Shown piece after piece: positions 28,389 through 39,039 of a DNA stretch of 64,000 nt. Each line of letters starts with the position of its first letter. Position 1 is the stretch's first letter. The stretch covers positions 1,191 through 65,190 of the IMG/VR virus record IMGVR_UViG_3300034122_000625. One strand, 5' to 3'. Origin of the DNA: a virus. Lineage: Duplodnaviria > Caudoviricetes. The notes under the pieces were generated by a model. It searched no databases and was not told where the DNA came from. It saw only the letters and a program-made list of their open reading frames with translations. A program made the position numbers and the translations under genes.

Positions 28389-29804
28389 ATGGCATTGACA
28401 ACATCCAATGAGGCTTCCAACAGAACTGGCAATATCGCCTCTGGAACCCTCAAAACAGACCCCTCCAAGTACACCGCTATTGGTGACTTCTTGACGGGTG
28501 AAGACGCTTACAACAAGCCCGAAGTTCGGGAGCTTATGGTTAAAACCTACGGCGACCAAGGCATCACGGGCTTCTTGACACTCACGGGAGCCGTGAAAAA
28601 CGCTGGTCAGGCTGACCAAATCGAGTGGTTCGAAGAAAGAAGAAGACATCGTAGACTTAAGGCTATTGCAGCCGCAAACTTTAGTGCCGCTGGTGCATCT
28701 GGCGGAACAGGAAACGTCGGCCTTAGTGGCGATGGAACCAACGCTATGATTCAGAAGTATGACGTTCTGATGAAAATCAATGACGGAGAAAGATTTTTGG
28801 TAGTTACAGACCCAACTGGGTTGACCGCTACTCTTCGTTCATTGGGCGGAACCGAGGGAGCTACAGCTTATGACACGGCAGTAGCACAAAACGACGAATT
28901 TGCTCTTATCGGGAATATGTATCCTCAAGGTTCAGACCAACCCACTCGGTTTACTGAGCCCGGAGTAGACAGATTGACTAACCCTTTTGCTATCGTAAAG
29001 GAGCGCTTCCAAGTCAATGGCTCTCAGGCTACCAACATCGGCTGGATTAACCTCGGAAACGGAGACTACAGATGGTTTATGTACGGCGAACAGGAGGCTC
29101 GTAAGCGCTTCATGGATAAGCGTGAGATGACTCTGTTGTTTGGTAACGTCTTCCCCCTTGGCCTTGGCGCTCAAGTAGTTACTGATGGTGGCGTAAGAGG
29201 TACAGAGGGTTACTTCTCTGCTGTTGAGGCTCGTGGTAACGTATACGGTGGTACCATCCAGAGTATGCAAGATATTGACGACATCATCATCGAATTGGAT
29301 AAGCAAGGGGCTCCCGCAGAGTACGCTATGTACCTGAACAGAAGTTTCGACTTGGCTATCGATGACTTGTTGGCTCAGGGTATCGCTACTCAGGTTACTG
29401 CCGGTCTTCCCGGACAGTTTGGTGCATTCAACAATAGTTCCGATATGGCTGTGAAGTTGGGCTTTAAGTCCTTCACTCGCGGAAGTTACACCTTCCACAA
29501 GCACAGCTGGAAACTGTTGAATGACCCGACTCTGCTCGCTGGTAGCGTATACGCTGGTGCAATGGTTCCGATGACTCAGGTTACCGACCCACGCACTGGT
29601 ATGAAGGCTCCTGCTCTGGAGATGAACTACAAGGCGTCTAACGGTTACAGCCGTGAGTTGAATCACTGGGTAACTGGTGGTGATGTATTGGGATACACGA
29701 ATAACGGTGATACCGGTAAGGACGTTGCTACTTACCACTACCGCTCTGAGTGTAACTTGGTTACTCGTGCAGCCAACCAGCACCTCATCTTCAAGACAGC
29801 GTAA
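28389..29804 (+). CDS. major capsid protein (crAss-like HK97 fold)
   Basis: 471 aa; IEWFEE, N...IVKE...VNGS, EG...AVE.RG, GF.SF.RG.Y.F; followed by a terminator. Confidence 0.88.
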   Translation: MALTTSNEASNRTGNIASGTLKTDPSKYTAIGDFLTGEDAYNKPEVRELMVKTYGDQGITGFLTLTGAVKNAGQADQIEWFEERRRHRRLKAIAAANFSAAGASGGTGNVGLSGDGTNAMIQKYDVLMKINDGERFLVVTDPTGLTATLRSLGGTEGATAYDTAVAQNDEFALIGNMYPQGSDQPTRFTEPGVDRLTNPFAIVKERFQVNGSQATNIGWINLGNGDYRWFMYGEQEARKRFMDKREMTLLFGNVFPLGLGAQVVTDGGVRGTEGYFSAVEARGNVYGGTIQSMQDIDDIIIELDKQGAPAEYAMYLNRSFDLAIDDLLAQGIATQVTAGLPGQFGAFNNSSDMAVKLGFKSFTRGSYTFHKHSWKLLNDPTLLAGSVYAGAMVPMTQVTDPRTGMKAPALEMNYKASNGYSRELNHWVTGGDVLGYTNNGDTGKDVATYHYRSECNLVTRAANQHLIFKTA

Positions 29805-29818
29805 AAAAAACCGAGGAA

Positions 29819-29852
29819 AGGGGAGGGGCTTAGGCTCCTCCCTCTACCTTTC
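29819..29852 (+). terminator. intrinsic terminator-like hairpin after MCP
   Basis: GGGAGGGGC-TTAG-GCTCCTCCC; weak U tail. Confidence 0.6.
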
Positions 29853-29866
29853 ATCAAAAAGAAATC

Positions 29867-30631
29867 ATGGCAAAAGACAACATTTTTCCGCTTTACCTTA
29901 CTGCGCCTGCTCAAAGTGCAGTTGGAGCAACGGCTTGGAATGGAAGCACGAGTAATGTACTCTACGCTCCAACGGGCAACGTTGCATTCACAGTTGGCGA
30001 TGCAGTTGAGATTGGAACTGTTCTTTCCATAAGAAAGACCAATGCTACCGCAGTCAATTTGACTGTTAACGCTAATGCATCCAACATAGTCATTCTCAGC
30101 AACGAGCACGATACCGTTACTCTTATTTGGGATGGAAACGACTGGCAAATATATTCACTTTCAGACATTCCAGCATCTCTTAGTGCCACTTCGTTAAGCT
30201 TAGCTGGAAACCTTTCTGTTGCCGGTACTTCCACGCTTAATATAATGGGCGTTACCGGCGCTTCCACGTTTGGAAGCACTCCTCACGAGGTTGGCGCAAC
30301 AGCTACATTTAATGGCGGCGTATCCTTTGTCCCATTAACCGCAACTCAAGCATCAAGCAGAACAACTGGGGTTACCTTAAACACTAAGGCTGGTTCTATA
30401 ACCAGTTTTACAAGTAATTCTGGAGCTGCAAACGCGGCGATTACGTTTACTGTAACTAATGCTCAGGTAACGGCAAGCAGTGTTGTTTTGCTCACAATAG
30501 CAGACACTACTACTGTGCCAACTTATGCTCGTGTTTCAACTACCGCAGCTGGCAGCTTTAATATATCCTATGCCTACTCAGCGGTAGACGTAAATACATC
30601 AACAAAGTTTAACTTCCTTGTTATGAACTAA
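29867..30631 (+). CDS. capsid decoration/head fibre protein
   Basis: TQASSRTTGVTLN..AG.IT and F.VTN..V...SVV motifs. Confidence 0.65.
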   Translation: MAKDNIFPLYLTAPAQSAVGATAWNGSTSNVLYAPTGNVAFTVGDAVEIGTVLSIRKTNATAVNLTVNANASNIVILSNEHDTVTLIWDGNDWQIYSLSDIPASLSATSLSLAGNLSVAGTSTLNIMGVTGASTFGSTPHEVGATATFNGGVSFVPLTATQASSRTTGVTLNTKAGSITSFTSNSGAANAAITFTVTNAQVTASSVVLLTIADTTTVPTYARVSTTAAGSFNISYAYSAVDVNTSTKFNFLVMN

Positions 30632-30666
30632 TTGGGTGTTTTTGTGGGTGTTTACGATAATTAACT

Positions 30667-32028
30667 ATGACTAAATTCTTCCTGTTTAACAAAGAACCCG
30701 TTAACAGCGGGAGCTCTATAGAGTCAGACTCTGGCGTAGGGATAAGCATGATTGCCCTACAAGCCCAGAGTCTGTCCTATGTTGCAGCAAGTAAGGGGAA
30801 GATTACATTCGTGTTCAACAACTCTGGTATATACGACTTTGCTAATATGCCAGAAGGGGAGGCCTTTAGAAAGACCACCATCGATGTTGCGTGTGACATA
30901 GGGTCGGAGCAGTCTCTTATTCAGGACATACTTAACTTCATCTCCAACTCTTCGTCTAACAAGACTGTCATGAATTTCGTGTACACAGGCTCCTCCAGCT
31001 TTAGGCAGGCAGAGGTGACGAATACGAAGACTATTGAGAGTAAGGTGTACACCTCACCTGAACTTATGCGGCCAAGACAACTGCTTCTCTCTGATACAGG
31101 TTTGACGGCATACGATATAGATGGTATTGAGTTCTCTGAGGCTACATACCCCATCTTAGACTACAGTCCTGCCGGGATGTCTGGAGCTACAGGTATCACA
31201 GCTACAACAGGAGGCGCTGGACTGACTTACACGTCCTCTCCGGGTAATTGGACGAATAACTCCTTGCTCCCTAATAGCGTAGGTCCCACGGGTTATGACC
31301 TATCTACTTACTTTATTTCTTTCCCCCCGCTCCTCGTTTACCCCGGGGTTAAGTCGAGTACAGGAGTTGGTACGACAGGTATGTTCTTCAGCAGGACCAG
31401 GTTTATGAAGATTCCTGATGAATCTAAGTTGCAGCTTGAGTCTGAATACACCACATACATAGCCTTCGGGGTACCAGACGATACCACTGCGATAGACTCA
31501 ATCAGTTCTGGTGCCCTATCAAGGGAGAACTACAAGAGCTTTGGCTCGTTCTACGGAACATATGATGGCTCCTTTGCCGGATTCTTAAGTACAGACATAA
31601 GTACCTTTGGGTTGAGACACGCCGGGTTAAATGGAGGCCCAGCGAAGACGAGGACAGATAACGAGGCAGAAGGAACTGCATCGTATGTGGCTCCGGATAA
31701 TAGAGGTAAAGGCATCCAACAGACCTGCTACGTCTTCATTATCAGAAGAGACAGAGCCTTTAACGTATTCGTTCACGATTACGAAGGAGATATTATAGCT
31801 GTCATTCCCGCAAAGACAGGTGTTATTGCATCTGAGTCAGGCAGGACGGACGGACTCTTTGAGTTTCTTTCACTTGGATACGGAGAATCCGACCCGACAA
31901 AAATCAACAACTCAGATGCCTTCTGGGGTGTTATGACGAGATTTGGAGTTATAGGCACAGACATTGGGCCATCAGAGGCGTCTCGACTTGCCAAGGCCCT
32001 ATATGAGCGATACAAACCCATAAAATAA
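30667..32028 (+). CDS. virion structural protein, beta-rich
   Basis: 453-aa ORF in the structural module. Confidence 0.6.
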   Translation: MTKFFLFNKEPVNSGSSIESDSGVGISMIALQAQSLSYVAASKGKITFVFNNSGIYDFANMPEGEAFRKTTIDVACDIGSEQSLIQDILNFISNSSSNKTVMNFVYTGSSSFRQAEVTNTKTIESKVYTSPELMRPRQLLLSDTGLTAYDIDGIEFSEATYPILDYSPAGMSGATGITATTGGAGLTYTSSPGNWTNNSLLPNSVGPTGYDLSTYFISFPPLLVYPGVKSSTGVGTTGMFFSRTRFMKIPDESKLQLESEYTTYIAFGVPDDTTAIDSISSGALSRENYKSFGSFYGTYDGSFAGFLSTDISTFGLRHAGLNGGPAKTRTDNEAEGTASYVAPDNRGKGIQQTCYVFIIRRDRAFNVFVHDYEGDIIAVIPAKTGVIASESGRTDGLFEFLSLGYGESDPTKINNSDAFWGVMTRFGVIGTDIGPSEASRLAKALYERYKPIK

Positions 32029-32033
32029 ATACA

Positions 32034-32861
32034 ATGGAACAACCAAGAAAGCCCGGACGGCCAGCAGCCGTCCAACCCGTCAACCCACAGGTTGAGGCAG
32101 CAGCGTCTTCAAGCAAGAAGGCTGTAAAGTACAACTACCAAGAACCAGAGGAACCTCTGGCGCTGGTGTACGAGATTAAGCGTAATGCAGGTATTGCGTA
32201 TATGCTCAATCAGTCAAACGTCACTGTGTACGATAAGGTGAGCGACTCCGTAAGACAGATTCGGTACTGCCCTAACGAGAACAGTGTCTTTGTTGATGAG
32301 CAGAGCCCTGTTGCAAGAAAGGAGGCTGTTATCTTCAGAAATGGTAACCTTATCGTGCCAAGAGAGAAGCCTAACCTCCGTAAGTTCTTGGACCTGCACC
32401 CCGGGAACGCAAAGAACGGCGGGTCAGTCTTCAACCTTGTTGACGATAAGCGTAACGTAGAGGAGGAACTGACTAAGGAGTTTGATGTGTTCGATGCTGT
32501 AGCTCAGGTTAGAACCAAGTCTATCGATGAGCTGCTGCCTGTGGCCATCTACTACAGCGTAAACGTTGATAGACCTGTTGCTGACATCAAGTTCGACCTG
32601 CTTAGAATTGCCAAGAACAAGCCAGAAGAATTCGTCAAGTCCTTTGACAATCCTATGGTTAAGGCTCGCTCGGTAGTCCACCGTGCATCGCAGTATAACA
32701 TCGTTAGACTGTCTGCCGATGGATGCTACTGGGTTGATAGCAATACGCTGATTGTGGCTGTACCCGTGGGGCAAGACCCAACGGATACTTTGACTCGCTT
32801 CTGTATGACGGAGAGAGGGGCGTCTGTACTGGCCTCTTTGGAGGACCAGTTGACGATGTAA
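32034..32861 (+). CDS. conserved crAss-like head-module protein
   Basis: R.IRYCPNE.S.FVDEQ...I.F..G.L.V......L..FL..HP.N. Confidence 0.7.
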   Translation: MEQPRKPGRPAAVQPVNPQVEAAASSSKKAVKYNYQEPEEPLALVYEIKRNAGIAYMLNQSNVTVYDKVSDSVRQIRYCPNENSVFVDEQSPVARKEAVIFRNGNLIVPREKPNLRKFLDLHPGNAKNGGSVFNLVDDKRNVEEELTKEFDVFDAVAQVRTKSIDELLPVAIYYSVNVDRPVADIKFDLLRIAKNKPEEFVKSFDNPMVKARSVVHRASQYNIVRLSADGCYWVDSNTLIVAVPVGQDPTDTLTRFCMTERGASVLASLEDQLTM

Positions 32862-32885
32862 GAAGGCATTGAGCCACAGCAAGAT

Positions 32886-32912
32886 GGGCCGTCCTTAGGG
32901 GCGGCCTTTCTT
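32886..32912 (+). terminator. intrinsic terminator
   Basis: GGCCGTCC-TTAG-GGGCGGCC-TTTCTT. Confidence 0.75.
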
Positions 32913-32927
32913 GTTTATATTTGCATT

Positions 32928-33701
32928 ATGGTCAGCGTACAACGGGTTTACAATACCCTAAAGAACCTTGCAAACAAGGACCAGAAAGGGTTCATCACTC
33001 CATCTGTATTCAACTCATTTGCATATATAGCTCAGCTCAACGTCTTTAACGAGATTATGGGGGAGCTTGTAGAAGCGAGGAAGATGAATAGAGCGGGGGT
33101 AGATGCAGGTTCTGTATTGTCTATGAGGGATAGGAAACTTGAGGATATGTCTTACTTCTTGAAAAAGAGTACCTTTTCGGCTGGATGGAGGGTGAGTAGG
33201 CCGTCCGACTTGTACAAGATTGTGTACATCACCTACGAGGATGACCCGACTTCAAGTAGCGGCCCCACCCTTCAAGACTTAGACAACTCGCCTTATGGAA
33301 AGTGTGAGATAATATCCAAGCCGGAGCTGTTTGAACAACTGAAGATTAGTAGACTTTCTGCGCCAACAGACGCATACAGGGTGGCCCTTGTGGGTAGGGA
33401 CTATATAGAAGTATGGCCGCAAGACACGTCGTATGTATATCATTTACACTACTATTCACTCCCGGGTAGCTTTTCGTATAATCAAAATAACAATACATAC
33501 GCATACCAACAGCAACCACCATCGTATTCAGCAAGTTTGTTAGAAGGTGTGGAGATTTTTGACACGTTTAACTCAAGAAATTTTCACTTGCCTCCATCAT
33601 ACGAGAATGAGTTGGTATCTGAAATTGCATCTATGATTGGGTTGAATCTTCGTGATACAGAGGTTCAGGCGTATTCACAGGAAAATACAGTGGCTGAGTA
33701 A
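32928..33701 (+). CDS. tail ring/adaptor protein
   Basis: VY.T...LANKDQ.G.ITP..FN..A..AQ N-terminus typical of crAss-like ring proteins. Confidence 0.7.
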   Translation: MVSVQRVYNTLKNLANKDQKGFITPSVFNSFAYIAQLNVFNEIMGELVEARKMNRAGVDAGSVLSMRDRKLEDMSYFLKKSTFSAGWRVSRPSDLYKIVYITYEDDPTSSSGPTLQDLDNSPYGKCEIISKPELFEQLKISRLSAPTDAYRVALVGRDYIEVWPQDTSYVYHLHYYSLPGSFSYNQNNNTYAYQQQPPSYSASLLEGVEIFDTFNSRNFHLPPSYENELVSEIASMIGLNLRDTEVQAYSQENTVAE

Positions 33702-34522
33702 TGAGCATGAACACCGTACCCCTCAATGTCGTCATTGCAGACTTTAGGATAGGTCTTGATGAGGATGACTACATCAGCAATGTGTCTGATGTTCAGCTCA
33801 GGAACATAGCTCTTAGGGGCATCCGAGACATAGGTTTTGACCTTGGAAGAAAGACTAAGTCCTTGAAGTTGACTGTCAATGACAATGACACAATTACTCT
33901 TCCAGATGACTTTGTCTCTGTGTCCAAGATAGGATTGGTGGGTGAGGATGGATTGGTGTATGTGCTGAACGAGAACAAGAACATCAACTTCTCGAGTAAG
34001 AAGCTAACAAATTCTACATCATTCAATAGTTCTCCGCTTGACATTACAGCAAATACTGTAAAGGACATAGAGGATAGCAAGACGTCCACCTCGGACGGTA
34101 TGGCGGTTAACAGCGACTACCACCAGTACATCTTTGAGAACTACTTGCTTGAGGGTGGGATTGGTAGACTGTATGGTATGGGTGGTGGCAGAGCGATGGG
34201 GGAGTACAGGATTAACCTTGACCAAAACAGAATAGAACTGTCTGTGTCCACTCACGTATCTGAGGTGGTTATGGAGTACATGGGGGATGAGGCTCGCTCT
34301 GGTAACCCGTCTGTTCATGTGTACGCTGAGGAGGCGCTGAGGGCTTACATCTACTACAAACTGATTGAGAAGAAGTCTGGGGTTCCTGCAAATGAGAAGG
34401 CACGCGCCAGAGCTGAGTATTACAACGAGAGACGCTTGGCTGGAATCCGTATGTCTAACTTCAGCAAGAGCGAGGCTCTGAAGGTTATTCGCAAGAACTA
34501 CAAGCTCGCACCGAAGTTCTGA
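33701..34522 (+). CDS. tail ring (tubular) protein
   Basis: LPDDFV...KIG...V..EY..D...AEEAL.AYI.Y. Confidence 0.7.
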   Translation: MSMNTVPLNVVIADFRIGLDEDDYISNVSDVQLRNIALRGIRDIGFDLGRKTKSLKLTVNDNDTITLPDDFVSVSKIGLVGEDGLVYVLNENKNINFSSKKLTNSTSFNSSPLDITANTVKDIEDSKTSTSDGMAVNSDYHQYIFENYLLEGGIGRLYGMGGGRAMGEYRINLDQNRIELSVSTHVSEVVMEYMGDEARSGNPSVHVYAEEALRAYIYYKLIEKKSGVPANEKARARAEYYNERRLAGIRMSNFSKSEALKVIRKNYKLAPKF

Positions 34523-37500
34523 TGATTGACAAAATCTATCCCAAGAAGCTTGACTCATCCCTTGACCTTAAGCTCACGCCTAAGGACTCTATGATTGATG
34601 CGTTGAATGTGTCATTGACAAATTCACTATCATCAGGTGAGGAGGGTTCTGGTAACACGGGCGTCATAAAGAATCCGCTTGGTAATACGCCTGCCGAAGG
34701 TTTTAACAGCTTTGACCTGCCACCAGTTAGCAACAACAGCTATCAGGTTATAGGCAGTGTTACGGACATAAAAACCAAGGTTGTATATTTTTTCGTCTAT
34801 TGCAATAAGCTGTCTGAGCATGGCATATACGCATATGACCCGCTCGGTAGGCTACCCAAATCAAAAACGGTTGGAACTGTAAAGGCTGGGAGTGTTCGCC
34901 TGATACTCAAGTCAAACAGGCTCAGGTTTCCTCAGAACGGTTTTGTCAAGGCTGACGTTGTTCACGTAAAACGCTCTGAACTTAGCAAGTATCATGCGGT
35001 AAAAAGTTACGCTGAGTCTAAAGGGTACTGGGATGAGGTTAGCGCTGACTGCATCATCTACTTTACTGATAACAAGAACGAGCCGAGAAAGATAAATGTA
35101 TACAGAGCTCTGCTGAATAATTCTCAGCAAGAGAATCTTGTTAATTCTACGGGCTATAGTAATTATACGCCTGATGAGTTTGAAGACTTCATCTCTGCTT
35201 GCCCACGGACACCACTCGATAAGATTCAATTTGCTTTTACGCAAGACCCATCGTTCTTGGGCTCCAACTTCTCGCGTAGCCCGGGGTTTACGTTCGCCTA
35301 TCAGTTTGTATATGAGGATGGTATAGAGTCGTCTATATCTCCGTACTCTGACTTGGCCGTACCTGTGGTGACATTAAGTCAAGGCGCTGACACGTCAGTT
35401 GACTACTCGTCGAACAACCTCTGCGAACTCGTCATACCGCCATTCAATAAAGAGGCAGCATTCATCAAGATTATCGCCAGAGAGCACGATACGTCGTCAT
35501 TTCTTCTCATAGACGAAGTAAGTGCTACTGCATCTGAATCAAGATGGAATGTAGGAGAACGCAAGTACAGATTCTACAACGATAGGGTGCTTACTGGGGT
35601 TAGTGATGCTGAAGTGGCTAAGCAGTTTGACTCTGTGCCGAAGAAGGCGTACACCCAAGCCGTAACAAACAACAGACTCCTCTACGGTAACTACGTGGAG
35701 GGGTTTGACAATGTATCTGTGTCTGCGACCATAACCCCAGCATATAATAAGTATCCTGAGTCTCAAGACCTTCGCATTTATGTAACACCAACCGTAAGAA
35801 GCAGAGGTGTACACTTGCCCGGAATGACTAATGCTCAGAAGGCAAAGCGCAACAGTATCTACAATGGAGGTTCGTCGTTTATTATAGATGTAGACGCCAG
35901 TAACCTGAATTTAGAGACTGGGGTTATAGTAAAGTTTCAGATGACTATTGCCCCAGACAAGAACTTCCACGTATTCAGGAAGAACGGGTGGGCTATGCCG
36001 TCTAATGACTCCAACTCGGCCCAGAGGTACTACAATGAAGGCGGTATTGAACAACCATACCCTATAACCTCCGATGAGGGAGAACTGTTTGCCGATGTTG
36101 TAAATACGAAGATTGTGTCCGGTACAACTTGGACGTACACAAAGTCAAATGGGGCAACAGAAACTGTTCTGTGCAAGTTTGGCGATTCGGTTACTCGCCC
36201 ACTTATACTTTCTGGAGGCCCACTTACGTTCGGCGTTGAGTTCACATATACCGGCACTTCAATGTCCGGTCAAGTAGCTGCTGATTTTGTGGCTACTGTG
36301 ATATCTTACTCTATAACCGGAAGGACTCTTGGTGCTCAGTATACAAACTCTATATCAAGTCTTTCTGCAACAAGCACACAAGTACACTCCATAAACCTTG
36401 GGTTAAGTGGCTTTGCCAAAATAGCTACCAATAAAACTGGTGTTGCGTCAAACCAGTTATCTTATTTGGTTACGCCTGTGTTTGAGGATGTATCCATGAA
36501 TCCTACGCCAAAGGCACCGATAGGATACTTCATAGTGAACAAGGCGGATGTTTTGTTCGGTTTGCAATATGTGTCTCAGCCAGATGGCGTAAACTCTGTG
36601 CATGAAGTGCTTCTAAACTTAAGAAGCGTAGATGGAATAGAGGCTTTTACGTGCATAAGGACTCCCAACAACAATGGGTATTGGTACGTCCTTACACCGT
36701 CTTTCATGAATGCTGGGACTGGTTCGTCAAGGATTAACGCCTTTTTGGACAACGCACAAATTCCAAACGTTGATACACTTGATGAATTTTATCGCTTAAG
36801 AGATGGTGATGTTTCCACAGAAATAGACTCTATATCTGGCCTTCCTGTTACGTTTTCCAACTTCAAAAAACAGTTCGGGCTTGTCAACATAATAAGCAAT
36901 AAAATAGCGTCAAACCAGCTAAAAAGTAACAGTTTTTTTGAGTTTACTCAAGACCCTAATTTAGCCCTTATTGGTGTGTGCGTCATAGACGGTGAGTCTG
37001 GAATAGGTGGAACTCTTTTAGATTCTGGCCCTGACCCCAACTTTATAGAGCAAAATAATCAGGGTTCTATTTTATCACACATTAGACTGGTTGTTGGTCA
37101 AACTATACAGCTTTTTGGTTACTTTTTTACCGGAAGTGAGTTAATAGGCTCTGGCGTTGCAAAAGATAGCTCGAATCAGATTTTCACTCGCGTAGAGGTA
37201 AACAATTCATTGGTGGTTTCTGGAACGTACACCGCTCAAAACAATATCGGAATTCCAACTACCACATTAAGCGTTATACCGCTCAGAAGAACAATCGTGT
37301 CAGGATATGGCCCTTACAAGCACCCCGGTCAAAACGACGATACATACAATCTGGAAGAGTACAAATCGCTTCGCTATCCTCAAATAGAAATCCTCAATCT
37401 GTTTACAGACTTGTATTCGTTTGAGGACTACACTGACTTCAGAACCTTTAAGAGTAACTCAGCGCACGATTTCGGTGTGGTGTACTATGACAAGAGGGGT

Positions 37501-39039
37501 AGGCATGGATTCGTAAACCCAATAGGCTCTCTATATATACCCGGGTACTCCAATCAAGAGAGGAGTTCTGGTAAGGGTAAGGTGGATGTGGAGATAGAGT
37601 TTCCCCCTAACTCCCATCCCTCATGGGCTGACAGCTTCAGAATAGTGCACTCGCGCTCTACGTCTACTGAGTCATTTATTCAGTACACGGCTGGAGGAGC
37701 TTTTGTTCGGCACACACCACCCAATGAGGACCTTGACAACGTATACGTCTCTCTGAACTACCTTCAGAGCAGCGTAGTATCATACGTCAGTTCCTTTGGG
37801 GCAAGAAGCCCAGAGGGTGGAGTGTCTATGTACAAGTTCCTACCCGGTGACAGGGTTAGGGTTGTCTCTTATGCCATCAACGCTAATACGTTCGAGTACC
37901 CATATAATCTTGACTTTGAGATTGTGGACATGGTGGAGCTTGGCCCTACAGAGAACCCGCTTCACGCTGGAATAGATGCGGCGCCATACAACAAAACTGG
38001 GCAGTTTCTTGTGATAAAGAATAACCCATTTGCGCCACTGTTTGACTACACAAGCGTAAAGAATGGGGTGGACCTGTGGCAGAAGAACTGTATCGTAGAA
38101 ATATACAGACCATCTAAGATTCAGGACCAGTCTGACAAGATATTCTACGAGGTCTCTGACACCCTCAGGACTACTGGGTCTAATCAGCCTATTGTGATAA
38201 AGAATGGTGACGTTTGGTGGAGACCAGTGGCTTTAGCCCTGAGGAGATTCAATAACGGTGTATTCAATGACTTGCTTATTGACACTGAGGACTCCAGCTT
38301 GACCAACACCTCCAAGCCTAACTTTAAGAGCCGGTATCTTGAGTCCGAGACCTGTACAGACCTCATCAGGGGTAACAACTACGGACTTGGTAGGCCTAAC
38401 GTAATATACAAGCAGTCAAAGGAGATACGCAACGAGTCTGGTATAACCTACTCACTGCCAACAGCACAGTCTGCTATAAGGCTGTTGTACTCTACGTTCA
38501 ACAGTTCTCTTTTGAACTTCAAGGACTTGCCTGAGGTGTACGGGGCCATCTCATACCTGATAGACCGTGGCGACTCCTTGTTGTGCATACAGGATACTCG
38601 GTGCTGTCTGGTGCCGGTGAACAGGAACATCATATCTGACTTGTCTGGAAGCGAACTCATTTCTGCCTCAAGCCAGATACTTGGTTCTGAGAGGTACTTC
38701 GCTGTCCCGGCTGGGTGCGATGGAACTCCTGAGTCTATTGTTGAGGTAGACGGCACTGCCTACTTCGTAAACAAGTCTCTCGGAGCTGTATTCGCCGTAT
38801 CCAGCTCTCAGGTAGAGGATTTGACGTCTATGGGCCTTGAGTCCGCTATAAGGGACGTAATAGCCGCTGCTGTAGAGACGGCGAGGACAGAAGATAAGCC
38901 TCTCCGCATACCCGGAGGGTATGACCAAATAAACAAGGAGTACATCTTTACGGTAAAGAATATAGATGTTGTGGGAGAGGTTGATGACTCTAATACTGAC
39001 GATGAGACCGCTCCTACCAACCCAAGTCGAAACCGATGA
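34522..39039 (+). CDS. tail muzzle/stabilisation protein, N-terminal and central part
   Basis: DALN, FTDN.NEPRKIN, FAY...Y.DG..S.ISPYS, NRL.YGNY.EG, FG.VYYD..GR, GGYD...EY. Confidence 0.8.
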   Translation: MIDKIYPKKLDSSLDLKLTPKDSMIDALNVSLTNSLSSGEEGSGNTGVIKNPLGNTPAEGFNSFDLPPVSNNSYQVIGSVTDIKTKVVYFFVYCNKLSEHGIYAYDPLGRLPKSKTVGTVKAGSVRLILKSNRLRFPQNGFVKADVVHVKRSELSKYHAVKSYAESKGYWDEVSADCIIYFTDNKNEPRKINVYRALLNNSQQENLVNSTGYSNYTPDEFEDFISACPRTPLDKIQFAFTQDPSFLGSNFSRSPGFTFAYQFVYEDGIESSISPYSDLAVPVVTLSQGADTSVDYSSNNLCELVIPPFNKEAAFIKIIAREHDTSSFLLIDEVSATASESRWNVGERKYRFYNDRVLTGVSDAEVAKQFDSVPKKAYTQAVTNNRLLYGNYVEGFDNVSVSATITPAYNKYPESQDLRIYVTPTVRSRGVHLPGMTNAQKAKRNSIYNGGSSFIIDVDASNLNLETGVIVKFQMTIAPDKNFHVFRKNGWAMPSNDSNSAQRYYNEGGIEQPYPITSDEGELFADVVNTKIVSGTTWTYTKSNGATETVLCKFGDSVTRPLILSGGPLTFGVEFTYTGTSMSGQVAADFVATVISYSITGRTLGAQYTNSISSLSATSTQVHSINLGLSGFAKIATNKTGVASNQLSYLVTPVFEDVSMNPTPKAPIGYFIVNKADVLFGLQYVSQPDGVNSVHEVLLNLRSVDGIEAFTCIRTPNNNGYWYVLTPSFMNAGTGSSRINAFLDNAQIPNVDTLDEFYRLRDGDVSTEIDSISGLPVTFSNFKKQFGLVNIISNKIASNQLKSNSFFEFTQDPNLALIGVCVIDGESGIGGTLLDSGPDPNFIEQNNQGSILSHIRLVVGQTIQLFGYFFTGSELIGSGVAKDSSNQIFTRVEVNNSLVVSGTYTAQNNIGIPTTTLSVIPLRRTIVSGYGPYKHPGQNDDTYNLEEYKSLRYPQIEILNLFTDLYSFEDYTDFRTFKSNSAHDFGVVYYDKRGRHGFVNPIGSLYIPGYSNQERSSGKGKVDVEIEFPPNSHPSWADSFRIVHSRSTSTESFIQYTAGGAFVRHTPPNEDLDNVYVSLNYLQSSVVSYVSSFGARSPEGGVSMYKFLPGDRVRVVSYAINANTFEYPYNLDFEIVDMVELGPTENPLHAGIDAAPYNKTGQFLVIKNNPFAPLFDYTSVKNGVDLWQKNCIVEIYRPSKIQDQSDKIFYEVSDTLRTTGSNQPIVIKNGDVWWRPVALALRRFNNGVFNDLLIDTEDSSLTNTSKPNFKSRYLESETCTDLIRGNNYGLGRPNVIYKQSKEIRNESGITYSLPTAQSAIRLLYSTFNSSLLNFKDLPEVYGAISYLIDRGDSLLCIQDTRCCLVPVNRNIISDLSGSELISASSQILGSERYFAVPAGCDGTPESIVEVDGTAYFVNKSLGAVFAVSSSQVEDLTSMGLESAIRDVIAAAVETARTEDKPLRIPGGYDQINKEYIFTVKNIDVVGEVDDSNTDDETAPTNPSRNR